From the NCBI GenBank assembly GCA_947037025.1, contig CAMQSU010000003.1, positions 662-64,661 on the forward strand: a stretch of DNA of 64,000 bases, in the 5' to 3' direction. Shown piece after piece: positions 19,374 through 31,087 of this stretch. Each line of letters starts with the position of its first letter. Positions within the stretch are counted from its first letter, which is position 1. A model generated the notes under the pieces. The model saw nothing but the letters and a program-made list of their open reading frames with translations. It was not told the DNA's origin and ran no database searches. Position numbers and translations under genes: made by a program. Source of the stretch: an uncultured Clostridia bacterium (GTDB lineage Bacteria; Bacillota; Clostridia; Christensenellales; UBA3700).

Positions 19374-19597
19374 ATTTACCTCCATTAGATAATACTTGTT
19401 TTATTTAAGTATAACATATATAATTCGACTTGTAAAGACAATAAATAGACTTTAAATTAAATAATTACACGATAATTATTCAATAATCTATGACAAATGC
19501 TATATAATATGATATAATATATAAAATAAAAGGCAATATTAAAGCAATTATTGTGGGTAATAAATGTCAACAATCGGTTGCTTGATTTGGAGAGATT

Positions 19598-20587
19598 ATG
19601 ATAACTAAAGTTTTGAGCGGCGATGTCGCAATTAAAGAGGGTGCAACACTTATAAAATCTGGCGAAGTGGTGGCATTCCCTACCGAGACTGTTTACGGCT
19701 TAGGCGGAAATGCTTTAGCTCCCAATTCGATTGCAAAAATATATCAGGCAAAGGGCAGACCTAGCGACAATCCGCTCATTGTTCATGTATCTTGTGTTGA
19801 GGATATTTATCCACTAGTCAGAGAGTTTAGTGATGTTAACAGAATGCTTGCAGATACGTTTATGCCCGGAGCGTTAACATTGTTATTCCCGAGAAGTGAG
19901 CAAGTACCTATAGAGGTAACTGCGGGACTTGATACGGTCGGCATTAGGATACCAAGCTGTGCAATTGCAAGAAAATTTATTGCTGCATGCGGAGTTCCGA
20001 TTGCAGCACCTAGTGCAAATGCTAGTACTCGAGTGAGTCCTACAACTGCAGCGCACGTGCTTGAGGATATGGATGGTAGAATACCACTTATTATTGACGG
20101 CGGCGAGAGCGAAGTGGGGATTGAATCAACAGTGTTAGACTTAACGTGCGATATCCCAACAATATTAAGACCAGGTGCAATAACAGCGGAAATGCTAGCG
20201 GGCGTGCTTGGGGAAGTGAAAACTCATAAAGGGGAAGTTATATCATCTGCACCATCGCCCGGAATGAAGTATAAGCATTATGCGACTACTGTCCCGATGG
20301 TGATTGCTGCAAACATGCAAAGTTTGCTTGCTGAGTATGACAGAGCGAAAAGTCAAGGACTTGATGTTGCTGCACTTATAAGGTCGCAAGATGCTTGCAT
20401 GATGGATGGACGCAAATATATTGAGCTTGGCAAAACTGACATGGAAGTATGCAAAAATATTTATAGCATTATGCGAGATGCGGAAAAAAGCACGCAGCAT
20501 ATAGTCTGTATTCATTTAGGTGATGAGGGTATATGCAGGTCAGTAATGAATAGACTTAATAAGTCGGCTGGGGGCAAAATAGTATGA
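19598..20587 (+). CDS. sua5: L-threonylcarbamoyladenylate synthase (Sua5/YwlC)
   Basis: FPTETVYGLG, KGRPSDNPLIVH, AAPSAN, SPGMKYKHYA. Confidence 0.95.
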   Translation: MITKVLSGDVAIKEGATLIKSGEVVAFPTETVYGLGGNALAPNSIAKIYQAKGRPSDNPLIVHVSCVEDIYPLVREFSDVNRMLADTFMPGALTLLFPRSEQVPIEVTAGLDTVGIRIPSCAIARKFIAACGVPIAAPSANASTRVSPTTAAHVLEDMDGRIPLIIDGGESEVGIESTVLDLTCDIPTILRPGAITAEMLAGVLGEVKTHKGEVISSAPSPGMKYKHYATTVPMVIAANMQSLLAEYDRAKSQGLDVAALIRSQDACMMDGRKYIELGKTDMEVCKNIYSIMRDAEKSTQHIVCIHLGDEGICRSVMNRLNKSAGGKIV

Positions 20588-21021
20588 GGATAGTTTTTTG
20601 CTGTACTGGCAATACTTGCAGATCTCCGCTTGCAGAGTATTTGCTTAAAGATAATCTAAGGCGAAATAATATTAGCGGTGCAAATATAAGTTCATGCGGA
20701 ATTGAGTGCATGAATGAAATCACAATATCAAAAGGCTCGCTAGCAGTACTTGCGGAGATTGGTATTGATGCAAGTGAGCATCAAGCGAAGTCAATAACAG
20801 TGCGTGAGGTTTTAGAGGCAGATTACATATTTACAATGACGCATAGGCAAAAAGAATGGCTTGCAGCTAACATGAATGCTATTGTTAATGTAATGACGCT
20901 TGGCGAGTTTGTTTGCGGCGGTGATGTAATAGATCCGTACATGGGCAGCACTTTGCAATATAGGGAGTGCCGTGAGAAACTTTCCTGCATGATAAATAGG
21001 CTAGCAGAAAAGCTGTTTTGA
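20584..21021 (+). CDS. ywlE: Low-molecular-weight protein tyrosine/arginine phosphatase (YwlE-like)
   Basis: CTGNTCRSP P-loop, DPY; synteny between sua5 and rpiB. Confidence 0.85.
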   Translation: MRIVFCCTGNTCRSPLAEYLLKDNLRRNNISGANISSCGIECMNEITISKGSLAVLAEIGIDASEHQAKSITVREVLEADYIFTMTHRQKEWLAANMNAIVNVMTLGEFVCGGDVIDPYMGSTLQYRECREKLSCMINRLAEKLF

Positions 21022-21358
21022 GCAAAATAATGTTTTGCATATTGCAGTAATAATTACTATTAATTACTATTTTTTTAATTTGTATAAGCATTTATGTTAG
21101 ATATGCTAGCAATATGACAAAAGACGCAAAAAAAAAGCAAGATTTTATCAAATTGTATTAAAAAAAGTTGAAAAAAATCAGTAGTAGTGATATAATGAAA
21201 TATGGTGTAATTTAACAATTTTTAAAAGCAGTAAGCAAAAAGTGTCAAAATTTTTACAAGCATTATTAATATGCTAGTGCAAAATGAATAGTATCAATAT
21301 AAACTGTCAAAAATTATTATATGATACTTATATATAATAAAATTAAAGAGGTTTCAAT

Positions 21359-21802
21359 ATGAGAATAGCGATAGGATGTGATCACGGAGGAGTAGTGCTT
21401 AAAAAAAGTATATTGGCATTGCTTAGCGAGAGAAAGATTGATGTAGTAGACTTTGGATGTAACGAAGGCGATACTGTAGATTATCCTATCTATGGCGAGA
21501 TGGTTGCAAAAAGTGTAGCTACCGGTGAGTGTGATAAGGGAATCCTTATGTGTGGAACTGGTATCGGTATCGGCATTGCTGCAAACAAAGTGAAAGGCAT
21601 TAGGTGCGGAGTTGTACATAACAAATTTACTGCAAAAATGACTGCTGAGCATAACAACGCTAACGTCATTGCGATGGGCGGCAGGATAGTATCAAAAGGT
21701 CAGGCTGTAAAAATTGTTAAAGCTTGGTTAGATGCAGCAGTATTTGAAGGCGAAAGACATATAAACCGTGTCAACATGATAAATGAAATCGAGTCAAAAT
21801 AA
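21359..21802 (+). CDS. rpiB: Ribose-5-phosphate isomerase B
   Basis: GCDHGG, DYP, CGTGIG, ANKVKGIR, HNNAN. Confidence 0.96.
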   Translation: MRIAIGCDHGGVVLKKSILALLSERKIDVVDFGCNEGDTVDYPIYGEMVAKSVATGECDKGILMCGTGIGIGIAANKVKGIRCGVVHNKFTAKMTAEHNNANVIAMGGRIVSKGQAVKIVKAWLDAAVFEGERHINRVNMINEIESK

Positions 21803-21813
21803 GGAGCTAGTAT

Positions 21814-22134
21814 ATGATAGAAGATTTATTAAAGGAAATAGTCAGTACTGAAGATGAGTGGGACGGTCGAGTTCGTACAAGCGTAGTAACATCAAAAGAT
21901 ATCGTGAGTGCTGCTGCTGTTGAGGCTATCAAGATAGAAAAAGATTGCCGCGCTCAAATCAAAGTTGCCGATACTGCAAATGTTGCAAAAGCTGAAAAGG
22001 ACGCAAATGTCCTTAAAGATGAAATATTACAGGCGGCGGATAAAGATGCTGCGACGATTATTAAGGACGCTAAAAAGTTATCAAGCAGCGTTTCAAAAGA
22101 TATCATCGGGAGGCTGGGGAAAAAGTATGCCTAA
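21814..22134 (+). CDS. V/A-type ATPase peripheral stalk subunit G/H
   Basis: Charged helical 106-aa protein overlapping the subunit I start. Confidence 0.75.
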   Translation: MIEDLLKEIVSTEDEWDGRVRTSVVTSKDIVSAAAVEAIKIEKDCRAQIKVADTANVAKAEKDANVLKDEILQAADKDAATIIKDAKKLSSSVSKDIIGRLGKKYA

Positions 22135-24259
22135 TGCAATAATGAAAAAATTAATAGGCGTAGGCAGTGCTTCTGAGCAAAAATCATTACTAAAGCTTTT
22201 GACCAAATTAGGTTGCGTTGAGATGACTCAATGCAATCAGGATGTGGAAGGCGAAACGATTGATGTTGAGCGTGACTTTGACGATGCTACTATCAAGCTT
22301 GCGAAAATCGAGTTTGCTAGTAGATTTATCAGAGAAGAAAAAGCAGCACTTAAAACGCTTGCAAAACTAAGAGCGAAACATAAAGAAGAAAAGCTAGAGT
22401 GCAGCCCTGAGAAAGCTAAGCTAGGACCAAAGCCAGAAATCGAGTTTGAAAAGTTTTCTGACGCAAAGTCTTGGGAGGGTGATATTCTAGAAGGCATAAC
22501 TGCTTTAGAGAGTTATAATAGTGACATTATCAAGCTAAAGGCGGAGAGTGGTAAGCTTGCAACTTCACTAGAGCAAATTATGATATATAAGGATATTAAT
22601 GTAAGGCTATCAGAGTTTCAAGATACTAAATTCACGACGGTAATGCTTGGCACGATATCAGTTAACAAGTTAGGACTTATTGATATGCTAATGCAAGCAT
22701 TCCCTACAGTGCTGATAGAAACTTTCGGGACTAGCACACAGGTCGCTATTGCAATAGTATGCCTTGATGAGCAAGCGGAAGAAATTAACGCTAAGCTGAC
22801 AGAGCTAGAGTTTGCAATATGTGCTGCGACGACTAACGATATACCAAGTAACATTATTAAAGATATTAAAATTAGGCAGCGAGAAATTGAGTATCACCGT
22901 GAGGAGATTACTAAAAACATATGTAGGCAGTTCATGACGGTTGAGTTTGCAAATAACTTAGCAGTGCTAAAGGACTACTATAGTGTAGAGCTTCAAAAAG
23001 TTGCAGCAATGAAAAACATGAAAAGCATTAAATCCACTTTCCTTTTTGAGGCATGGGTTCCTGCAATCAGTGAAAGTGCTGTTGATAAGCGTCTTGAAGA
23101 ATCGCCACTTACTCTTGCATATTTGCTTCGTGACCCGCTAGAGGGAGAGTGTCCACCGACGCTTTGTATCAATAACGGAATAGTTACTCCTTATCAAGAT
23201 GTTACCAATATGTTCAACGTTCCAAGTTATGCGGAGATTAATCCAAATCCTTTTGTTGCGTTTTTCTTTCTGTTATTCTTCGGTGTTATGATTTCCGACT
23301 TCGGATACGGTGCTATCATGACGATCGGTGCAGCTATAACACTTATAATTAAAAAACCTAGAAAGAATGAACTTGGCTTAGTGAAAATTTTGCTAGGCGG
23401 CGGAATATCAACAATGATGTGGGGTATTTTGTTTGGCGGATACTTTGGTATCGACTCAGCAATAATTGATGCAGCCGGTATTCCTTATTGGTTTAGTCCG
23501 ATTACTGACCCTATCATGATGTTATATCTTGCACTCGGTTTAGGAATATTCCAAATGCTAACAGGTATCGGCGTTAACGCTTACGCACTATTCAAGGAGA
23601 AAAAACCACTAGATGCAATCTTTGGTTGCTTTAGCTGGTACGCGCTTGTAATAGGTGTTGCAATGTTCGGTCTTGGCGGAAGTATTGACGGCGTTAAATA
23701 TACTGGTCTTGCACTTTTAATCGCAGGACTTTTAGGACTAATGATTGCAGGTTCGCTGCATAAGAAAGGTGCTAAAAAAATTGGCGGTGCATTCGGAAAC
23801 CTTTACTCACTTGTCAACTTCTTTAGTGACTTGCTAAGCTACACAAGATTATTCGGCTTAGGTCTTGCAACAGGAGTTATCGCATTAGTATTTAATCAGA
23901 TAGGTATGGTTATCCTTGATATTAATTTAGTAATTGGTATTGTTATGACACCACTTATTTTAATAGTCGGTCACACATTCAATATCGGTATCAATACTCT
24001 TGGTGCGTATGTTCATAACTCTAGGCTTCAATTCGTTGAGTTTTTCGGTAAGTTTTATGAAGGACAAGGATATTTGTTTTCACCACTAGGTAGCGGCATG
24101 ACTAATTATAACTTCACGTTAGAGTCAGCACCTAACCTTATTGATCCAGAAGATAAAAAGAGCAACCCGTTAAGCAAGTTTAATCCATTTAAGAAAGGCA
24201 CTAGCACGGATGATGTTGCTCAAGCCTCTCTTGCAGAAGACCCTATAACACTTGACTAA
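22127..24259 (+). CDS. atpI: V/A-type ATPase subunit I (a; NtpI)
   Basis: DFGYG, SDLLSYTRL, VHNSRLQFVEFFGKFYEG; ATG at 22127. Confidence 0.95.
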   Translation: MPNAIMKKLIGVGSASEQKSLLKLLTKLGCVEMTQCNQDVEGETIDVERDFDDATIKLAKIEFASRFIREEKAALKTLAKLRAKHKEEKLECSPEKAKLGPKPEIEFEKFSDAKSWEGDILEGITALESYNSDIIKLKAESGKLATSLEQIMIYKDINVRLSEFQDTKFTTVMLGTISVNKLGLIDMLMQAFPTVLIETFGTSTQVAIAIVCLDEQAEEINAKLTELEFAICAATTNDIPSNIIKDIKIRQREIEYHREEITKNICRQFMTVEFANNLAVLKDYYSVELQKVAAMKNMKSIKSTFLFEAWVPAISESAVDKRLEESPLTLAYLLRDPLEGECPPTLCINNGIVTPYQDVTNMFNVPSYAEINPNPFVAFFFLLFFGVMISDFGYGAIMTIGAAITLIIKKPRKNELGLVKILLGGGISTMMWGILFGGYFGIDSAIIDAAGIPYWFSPITDPIMMLYLALGLGIFQMLTGIGVNAYALFKEKKPLDAIFGCFSWYALVIGVAMFGLGGSIDGVKYTGLALLIAGLLGLMIAGSLHKKGAKKIGGAFGNLYSLVNFFSDLLSYTRLFGLGLATGVIALVFNQIGMVILDINLVIGIVMTPLILIVGHTFNIGINTLGAYVHNSRLQFVEFFGKFYEGQGYLFSPLGSGMTNYNFTLESAPNLIDPEDKKSNPLSKFNPFKKGTSTDDVAQASLAEDPITLD

Positions 24260-24503
24260 TTATTTAGTAATAAATATCATTATTAATGGTCGCATAAGCG
24301 GCTATATATATAGTAATTAATTCTTATATATATAAATATAGTAATAACTGAATAATTTTCAGTATTATATAGCGGCGTGTTTAGTTTTTATTCATGCTAT
24401 CAGCAAAGCAAAAATCAACTAGCCTTATCTCATAATCTAATTGTGGATATGGCATCAAAATAATAATAACTGAGTATATCAGTATTATATATTTCAATTA
24501 TAA

Positions 24504-25010
<507 letters not shown>

Positions 25011-25024
25011 GGACTATTAAATTT

Positions 25025-25609
25025 ATGAATAATAAAGATGGCATTTTAGATAAAATCATTTCGGTTAGCGAAGCTCAAATTGCGGAAAATATCGCAGAGG
25101 GCAATGCTAAGGCGGATGAGATTATCAGCAAAGCAAATAAAGAGAGCAAAGACAGCCTTGACAAGTTTAATTCGACTACTACCGCAACTTATAATGAGGT
25201 AGTTAGGCGTATAGTTTCTGTTGCTAATCTTGACGCTAAAAAAGTACTTATGGGCGCAAAACGCGCTGCAATGGATACTTTATTTGCCGATACATTAGTC
25301 TCAGCTTTTGAAATGGATGATAAATCTTACCTTAAAATTATCGCTAGTATGATAAATACTAACGCAAAATCTGGTAACGAAATCATTATTTCTGAGGCGG
25401 ACAGCAAGCGTATAACTAAAAAGTTTGTCGATGATATAGCGAAAGCTATGGATATAAAACTTAGTATTGCAAAAGAGTTTGGTGACTTTAAGGGTGGTAT
25501 TATTATAGCTGGTAAAAGCTATGATACAAACCTAACTTTTGAGGTTGAGCTTTCTGCTATCAGAAGTGATAGCGAAACTGAGCTTGCTAGCAAGATTTTT
25601 AAGGAGTAG
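25025..25609 (+). CDS. atpE: V/A-type ATPase subunit E
   Basis: Coiled N-terminus, GGIII...NLTFE; operon position. Confidence 0.9.
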   Translation: MNNKDGILDKIISVSEAQIAENIAEGNAKADEIISKANKESKDSLDKFNSTTTATYNEVVRRIVSVANLDAKKVLMGAKRAAMDTLFADTLVSAFEMDDKSYLKIIASMINTNAKSGNEIIISEADSKRITKKFVDDIAKAMDIKLSIAKEFGDFKGGIIIAGKSYDTNLTFEVELSAIRSDSETELASKIFKE

Positions 25610-25611
25610 CA

Positions 25612-26616
25612 ATGGCTGGGCAAAGTTTAATATATTCTAATGCTAGAGTTAAGGCGATGGAGAACACTCTCCTATCAGCGGAGAAAATCACAAGAATGAC
25701 TTACGCTGATAGTCTTGCAGAGGCAGTGAAAATTTTATACGAGAGCAATTACGGTGGCGGTGTGATGGTGGATAACCCTTACTCATTCGCGGAAGTTTTG
25801 CATGCGGAAGAAGAGCGTGTGGCTAAGTTCATGCGGGAAGCAATGCCTGATAAAAGTGGTCTTGAAACACTACTTTATCCGCTCGATTATCACAATGCAA
25901 AGGCATTAGTTAAAGCGAAAGCAGTAGGTATAAAGGATGCGGCATATATGCTAGCACCTGTCGGCATGATTGAGCATGACTTGATCGAGGAGAGTATCGC
26001 GTCAGGTGATTTCTCTAAATTGCCTAAACCTATGGCGGATGCTTTAAATTTGATTGTAATTGCAACAACAAACGGCGAGATAACGCCACGCATGATTGAT
26101 ATTGAGATTGATAAAGCTATGTATATTGCGATAATGATGGCAGTTAAAGCTGCTAAAGTTAAAAGTTTGACTAAGTATTGGACTAGCAATATTGATATTA
26201 CAAATATCTCTACAATGTTTAGATGTAAGCGAATTGATGCTGATGCAAAGTTCTTTTTGCAAAACTTTATTGCAGGCGGCGAAGTTTCCGATTATCTTCT
26301 TAGTGATTTAATCGATCTTAGTTTAGAGGCTGTTGCGGATAAACTTAGATACACTAATTACGCAAAATTAGTTGACCTTGCGGTTGTGGATTTATCTGCT
26401 GGCAAGGCATTGATTAGTTATGAAGTTGAGTGGGATAATTACCTTATGGAGATTTTTAAAGTTGATAAGGCAGATATATTTTCAGTCGCTCCTATTGCGG
26501 GATTCTATATTGCTAAAAAAATCGAGCTGAAAATGGTGCGTATGATACTTACAGCAATCAAGAACAAAGCTAGCGAGGCTGATATTAAAGCTAGACTGAG
26601 AGGTTTCTATGCGTAA
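25612..26616 (+). CDS. atpC: V/A-type ATPase subunit C (d)
   Basis: YSNARVKAME..LL, DYHNAK, IDxxN, C-terminal RLR..YA. Confidence 0.92.
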   Translation: MAGQSLIYSNARVKAMENTLLSAEKITRMTYADSLAEAVKILYESNYGGGVMVDNPYSFAEVLHAEEERVAKFMREAMPDKSGLETLLYPLDYHNAKALVKAKAVGIKDAAYMLAPVGMIEHDLIEESIASGDFSKLPKPMADALNLIVIATTNGEITPRMIDIEIDKAMYIAIMMAVKAAKVKSLTKYWTSNIDITNISTMFRCKRIDADAKFFLQNFIAGGEVSDYLLSDLIDLSLEAVADKLRYTNYAKLVDLAVVDLSAGKALISYEVEWDNYLMEIFKVDKADIFSVAPIAGFYIAKKIELKMVRMILTAIKNKASEADIKARLRGFYA

Positions 26617-26929
26617 AGAAAAAATAGCAGTATTAGGCGAAGGTGATTTGGTATTAGTTTTCAAGGCTATCGGTATGGACGTTTTTAGTGCAAACTCCGC
26701 TGGCGAAGCATCAGATCAGCTAAAAATTCTGGCTAGGAATTACTCGGTGATATTTGTCACAGAGGAAATTGCAGTCAGTATCGCTGACCATATTGCAAAG
26801 TTCAAGACAAAAGCATATCCTGCAATAATACCTATTCCGTCATCTTCGGGTGCAACGGGTATTGGTATTGAAGGCATCAAGAAAGATGTCGAGCGTGCTG
26901 TTGGTACGGATATTTTGTTCAATGACTGA
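26609..26929 (+). CDS. atpF: V/A-type ATPase subunit F (NtpG)
   Basis: KIAVLG, PAIIPIP, VERAVGTDI. Confidence 0.93.
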   Translation: MRKEKIAVLGEGDLVLVFKAIGMDVFSANSAGEASDQLKILARNYSVIFVTEEIAVSIADHIAKFKTKAYPAIIPIPSSSGATGIGIEGIKKDVERAVGTDILFND

Positions 26930-26976
26930 TTAGCATAGCTAGTAGTTATATTATAAGATTTAGAGAGGTCTAAAAG

Positions 26977-28740
26977 ATGAGTGATGGAAAAATAATTAAG
27001 GTTTCTGGCCCACTAATCGTGGCAGAAGGCATGGACGATTGCAAAATGTTTGACGTTGTTCGTGTAAGTAAAAGTAACCTTATTGGCGAGATTATCGAGC
27101 TAAGAGGGGATAAAGCATCTATTCAGGTTTACGAGGAAACGAGCGGATTAGGTCCGGGCGAAGTTGTCGTATCTACTGGAGAGCCGCTATCCGTTGAGCT
27201 TGGCCCAGGCCTACTTGAGGGTATGTATGACGGTATTCAAAGACCGCTTGATAAATTGCTTGAGGCGTCAGGACATAGAATTGCTCGTGGAGTATCTATG
27301 CCTGCTCTTGACCATGACAAAAAGTGGGCTTTTGTGCCAGTTGTGGCTAAAGGCGCTAAAGTTGTTGCTGGTGATATTTTAGGAACAGTTGAAGAAAATA
27401 ACGTGTTCACACACAAAATATTAGTGCCGATTGGTGTTGAAGGTGAAGTCAAAGCTATTAAAGCGGGCGAGTTTACTGTTGATGATATCGTATGCACTGT
27501 GACTACTGCAAAAGGTGAGCGTAAACTTACTATGATGCAAAAGTGGCCAGTTAGACGTAGCCGTCCTTATAAGACTAAAATGTCTCCAACTAAGCCGCTT
27601 ATCAGTGGTCAAAGAGTTATTGATACTTTTTTCCCAGTTGCTAAAGGTGGCGCTGCATGTATTCCGGGGCCGTTTGGTAGTGGAAAGACAGTAGTTCAGC
27701 ATCAGCTTGCAAAATGGGCGGATGCGGATGTTATCGTATATGTTGGTTGCGGCGAGCGTGGTAATGAAATGACAGATGTTTTGAATGAGTTCCCAGAGCT
27801 TATTGATCCTAAAACAGGCGAGTCATTAATGAAGCGTGTTGTGCTTATTGCTAACACATCAGATATGCCAGTTGCAGCGCGTGAAGCTAGTATTTATACA
27901 GGTATCACTATCGCTGAGTACTTCCGTGATCAAGGTCATAACGTCGCTATCATGGCGGATTCTTCATCAAGATGGGCAGAGGCACTTCGTGAAATGTCAG
28001 GTCGACTTGAGGAAATGCCAGGTGAGGAGGGTTACCCTGCTTACCTATCATCAAGACTTGCTGAGTACTATGAGCGTGCAGGTATCGTTACCGCTTTAGG
28101 CAGTGACGAGAGAGTGGGTTCTATAACTGCAATATCAGCAGTTTCACCTCCGGGTGGTGACTTATCAGAGCCAGTATCTCAGGCGACTCTTCGTATTGTT
28201 AAAGTGTTTTGGGGGTTGTCTGCATCACTTGCATACAAACGTCATTTCCCTGCAATCGATTGGCTTGCTAGTTACTCGCTATATGGCGATAAGCTTGAGG
28301 ATTGGTACCGTGATAATGTTGATGAAGAATGGGCTTTTTACAGGACTAACGCGCTAAGACTTCTTCAAGAAGAAGCTAGTTTAGATGAGATTGTTAGACT
28401 TGTAGGTGTTGATGCACTAAGTTCAGTTGATCGTATGACTATGGAAACTGCAAAATCAATCCGTGAGGATTATCTGCATCAGGATGCATTTCATGAAATC
28501 GATACTTACGCATCACTTACTAAGCAGTTCAAAATGCTAAAGCTAATACTAAAATGTCATGACCTTGGACTTAAAGCAGTTGCAGAAGATATCGAAATCG
28601 ATGATATTTTGCAGCTTCCTGCAAGAGAATCAGTGTCTAGATGTAAGTATATTGAGGAGAGCAAGCTAGCTCAGTTTGATGAAATTTTGATCGAAATGAC
28701 TAAGCAAATTGACTCGCTTATTGCTGAAGGAGATATGTAA
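26977..28740 (+). CDS. atpA: V/A-type ATPase subunit A (NtpA)
   Basis: [30 protein letters not shown]. Confidence 0.98.
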   Translation: MSDGKIIKVSGPLIVAEGMDDCKMFDVVRVSKSNLIGEIIELRGDKASIQVYEETSGLGPGEVVVSTGEPLSVELGPGLLEGMYDGIQRPLDKLLEASGHRIARGVSMPALDHDKKWAFVPVVAKGAKVVAGDILGTVEENNVFTHKILVPIGVEGEVKAIKAGEFTVDDIVCTVTTAKGERKLTMMQKWPVRRSRPYKTKMSPTKPLISGQRVIDTFFPVAKGGAACIPGPFGSGKTVVQHQLAKWADADVIVYVGCGERGNEMTDVLNEFPELIDPKTGESLMKRVVLIANTSDMPVAAREASIYTGITIAEYFRDQGHNVAIMADSSSRWAEALREMSGRLEEMPGEEGYPAYLSSRLAEYYERAGIVTALGSDERVGSITAISAVSPPGGDLSEPVSQATLRIVKVFWGLSASLAYKRHFPAIDWLASYSLYGDKLEDWYRDNVDEEWAFYRTNALRLLQEEASLDEIVRLVGVDALSSVDRMTMETAKSIREDYLHQDAFHEIDTYASLTKQFKMLKLILKCHDLGLKAVAEDIEIDDILQLPARESVSRCKYIEESKLAQFDEILIEMTKQIDSLIAEGDM

Positions 28741-28742
28741 TT

Positions 28743-30128
28743 ATGCTAAAAGAGTATAAAACAATTAGAGAGATCGTCGGACCATTGATGTTAGTTGATG
28801 GTGTTGAGGGTGTTAAATATGATGAATTAGTAGAAATTATACAAGCTAACGGCGAAATCCGTCGTGGTAAGGTATTAGAAATCCACGCAGATAAAGCGTT
28901 AGTTCAGTTGTTTGAGGGTTCTCAAGGTATTCAAATGAGCACTGCAAAAGCTAGGTTTTTAGGCAAAAGTCTAGATTTAGCAGTTAGTGAGGATATGTTA
29001 GGTCGTGTTTTTGATGGTCTAGGAAACCCACGTGATGGTGGTGCTCCGATAATTCCAGAAATGAGAATTGATATCAATGGTCAACCTATAAACCCTGCAG
29101 CTCGTGATTATCCTGATGAGTTTATTCAGACAGGAATATCAGCAATTGACGGTCTAAACACGTTAGTTAGAGGACAAAAATTGCCAGTATTTAGTGGTGC
29201 AGGACTTCCTCATGCGGAGCTTGCAGCACAAATAGCTAGGCAAGCAATGGTTCTTAATGATGATGATAAATTTGCAGTAGTATTTGCTGCTATCGGTATC
29301 ACGTACGAGGAAGCGGACTTCTTTATGCAAGACTTCCGTAAAACGGGCGCTATCGAGAGAGCTGTATTATTTATGAATTTAGCTAATGACCCTGCTGTTG
29401 AGCGTATTGCGACTCCACGTATGGCACTTACTGCAGCTGAATATCTTGCATTTGAAAAGGGTATGCACGTACTTGTTATCATGACAGATATCACTAACTA
29501 TGCAGAGGCACTTCGTGAGGTTTCAGCCGCGCGTAAAGAGGTTCCGGGGCGTCGTGGATATCCTGGTTACATGTATACCGATCTTGCTACAATGTATGAA
29601 AGGGCAGGGCGTATTCGTGGTTGTGCAGGTAGTATCACACAGATACCAATCCTAACAATGCCAGAGGATGATAAGACTCACCCTATCCCTGATCTTACAG
29701 GATATATCACAGAAGGACAAATTATTCTTAGCCGTGAGCTTAACAAGAAAGGCGTTAAACCGCCAATCGATGTTTTGCCATCATTATCAAGACTTAAAAA
29801 TAAAGGTATCGGAAAAGGCAAGACTCGTGAGGATCATGCAGATACAATGAATCAGCTTTTTGCAGCGTATGCACGTGGTAAAGAGGCTAAAGAGTTGTCA
29901 GCGATACTTGGCGATGCGGCACTGACTCCAGTAGATAGACTTTATGCAAAGTTTGCTGAGGAGTTTGAGGCAACATATGTATCACAAGGAAATAACACTA
30001 ACAGGACTATCGAGGAAACACTTCGTATCGGTTGGGAGCTTTTAACAATCCTTCCAAGGTCGGAGATGAAGCGTATTAAAGATAAGTATCTTGAAGAGTT
30101 TTATGATAAAATGAAGGCGGATAAATAA
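28743..30128 (+). CDS. atpB: V/A-type ATPase subunit B (NtpB)
   Basis: [35 protein letters not shown]. Confidence 0.98.
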   Translation: MLKEYKTIREIVGPLMLVDGVEGVKYDELVEIIQANGEIRRGKVLEIHADKALVQLFEGSQGIQMSTAKARFLGKSLDLAVSEDMLGRVFDGLGNPRDGGAPIIPEMRIDINGQPINPAARDYPDEFIQTGISAIDGLNTLVRGQKLPVFSGAGLPHAELAAQIARQAMVLNDDDKFAVVFAAIGITYEEADFFMQDFRKTGAIERAVLFMNLANDPAVERIATPRMALTAAEYLAFEKGMHVLVIMTDITNYAEALREVSAARKEVPGRRGYPGYMYTDLATMYERAGRIRGCAGSITQIPILTMPEDDKTHPIPDLTGYITEGQIILSRELNKKGVKPPIDVLPSLSRLKNKGIGKGKTREDHADTMNQLFAAYARGKEAKELSAILGDAALTPVDRLYAKFAEEFEATYVSQGNNTNRTIEETLRIGWELLTILPRSEMKRIKDKYLEEFYDKMKADK

Positions 30129-30129
30129 T

Positions 30130-30777
30130 ATGGCAGCAAAACTAAAAGTAAATCCTACCCGAATGGAGCTTAGGCGTCTTAAAGATCGCAAAAAGACAGC
30201 CGTTCGTGGACATAAACTGCTAAAAGATAAGTCAGATGAGATGATTAGGCAGTTTATTGGATATGCAAAAGAGAATATGAAGATTAGGCTTGAGGTGGAA
30301 AAAGAGCTTGGCGAGGCACTTGCAAACTTTATGCTTGCAAAGGCAGTCAGCGAAAGTTCTGCTATTGAGGAGGCACTTAGTATGCCCGCAGTTTCTATGG
30401 AGCTTGAGCTTTCAACTAACAATGTTATGAGCGTTAATGTCCCTAAAATTGTCATTAAAAAATCAGATTCAAAAAGTTTATATCCATATTCATTCGCATC
30501 GGTAACTAGTGAGCTTGACTCATCAATCGCTGTTATTTCAGGTCTTTCTGATAAGCTTATTAAGCTTGCGGAAGTTGAAAAAACATGTAATATGCTTGCA
30601 TATGAGATTGAAAAAAATCGTAGACGAGTGAACGCTCTTGAGTATGTTATGATACCTCAAACTACTGAGGCTATCAAGGATATTACTATGAAGCTTGATG
30701 AAAATGAGCGTGGTAATATTGTTAGACTTATGAAGGTAAAAAGCATTATTGCTGCTAGAGAAAGTGGTGCTAATTAA
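30130..30777 (+). CDS. atpD: V/A-type ATPase subunit D (NtpD)
   Basis: NPTRMEL, RGHKLLKDK, RRRVNALE. Confidence 0.97.
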   Translation: MAAKLKVNPTRMELRRLKDRKKTAVRGHKLLKDKSDEMIRQFIGYAKENMKIRLEVEKELGEALANFMLAKAVSESSAIEEALSMPAVSMELELSTNNVMSVNVPKIVIKKSDSKSLYPYSFASVTSELDSSIAVISGLSDKLIKLAEVEKTCNMLAYEIEKNRRRVNALEYVMIPQTTEAIKDITMKLDENERGNIVRLMKVKSIIAARESGAN

Positions 30778-30928
30778 TTATTTATTAATTAATTGATGCT
30801 TTTATCAACTAGCTAACTAAATAGCTCTATATAATAATTTGATTGTAATTTATTATAAATGTCATAATTATAAAATTACCAAGTTAAAATATCATAAACC
30901 AATAAATAAAAACAAATAAAACAAATAT

Positions 30929-30959
30929 AAAAATGCCATCACTTAGTGATGGCATTTTT
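30929..30959. terminator. Bidirectional terminator after ATPase operon
   Basis: AAAAATGCCATCAC-tta-GTGATGGCATTTTT. Confidence 0.9.
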
Positions 30960-31087
30960 GTTTGCATTAAATTTTGCGTTATTTACCTATAATCAAATTA
31001 ATCATTCGGTTAATGTTATTGGTTAACCGTTTAATTAATAATAATCTACACAAATAAAATTACTTATTGGGGCAGTTTCTATCTATA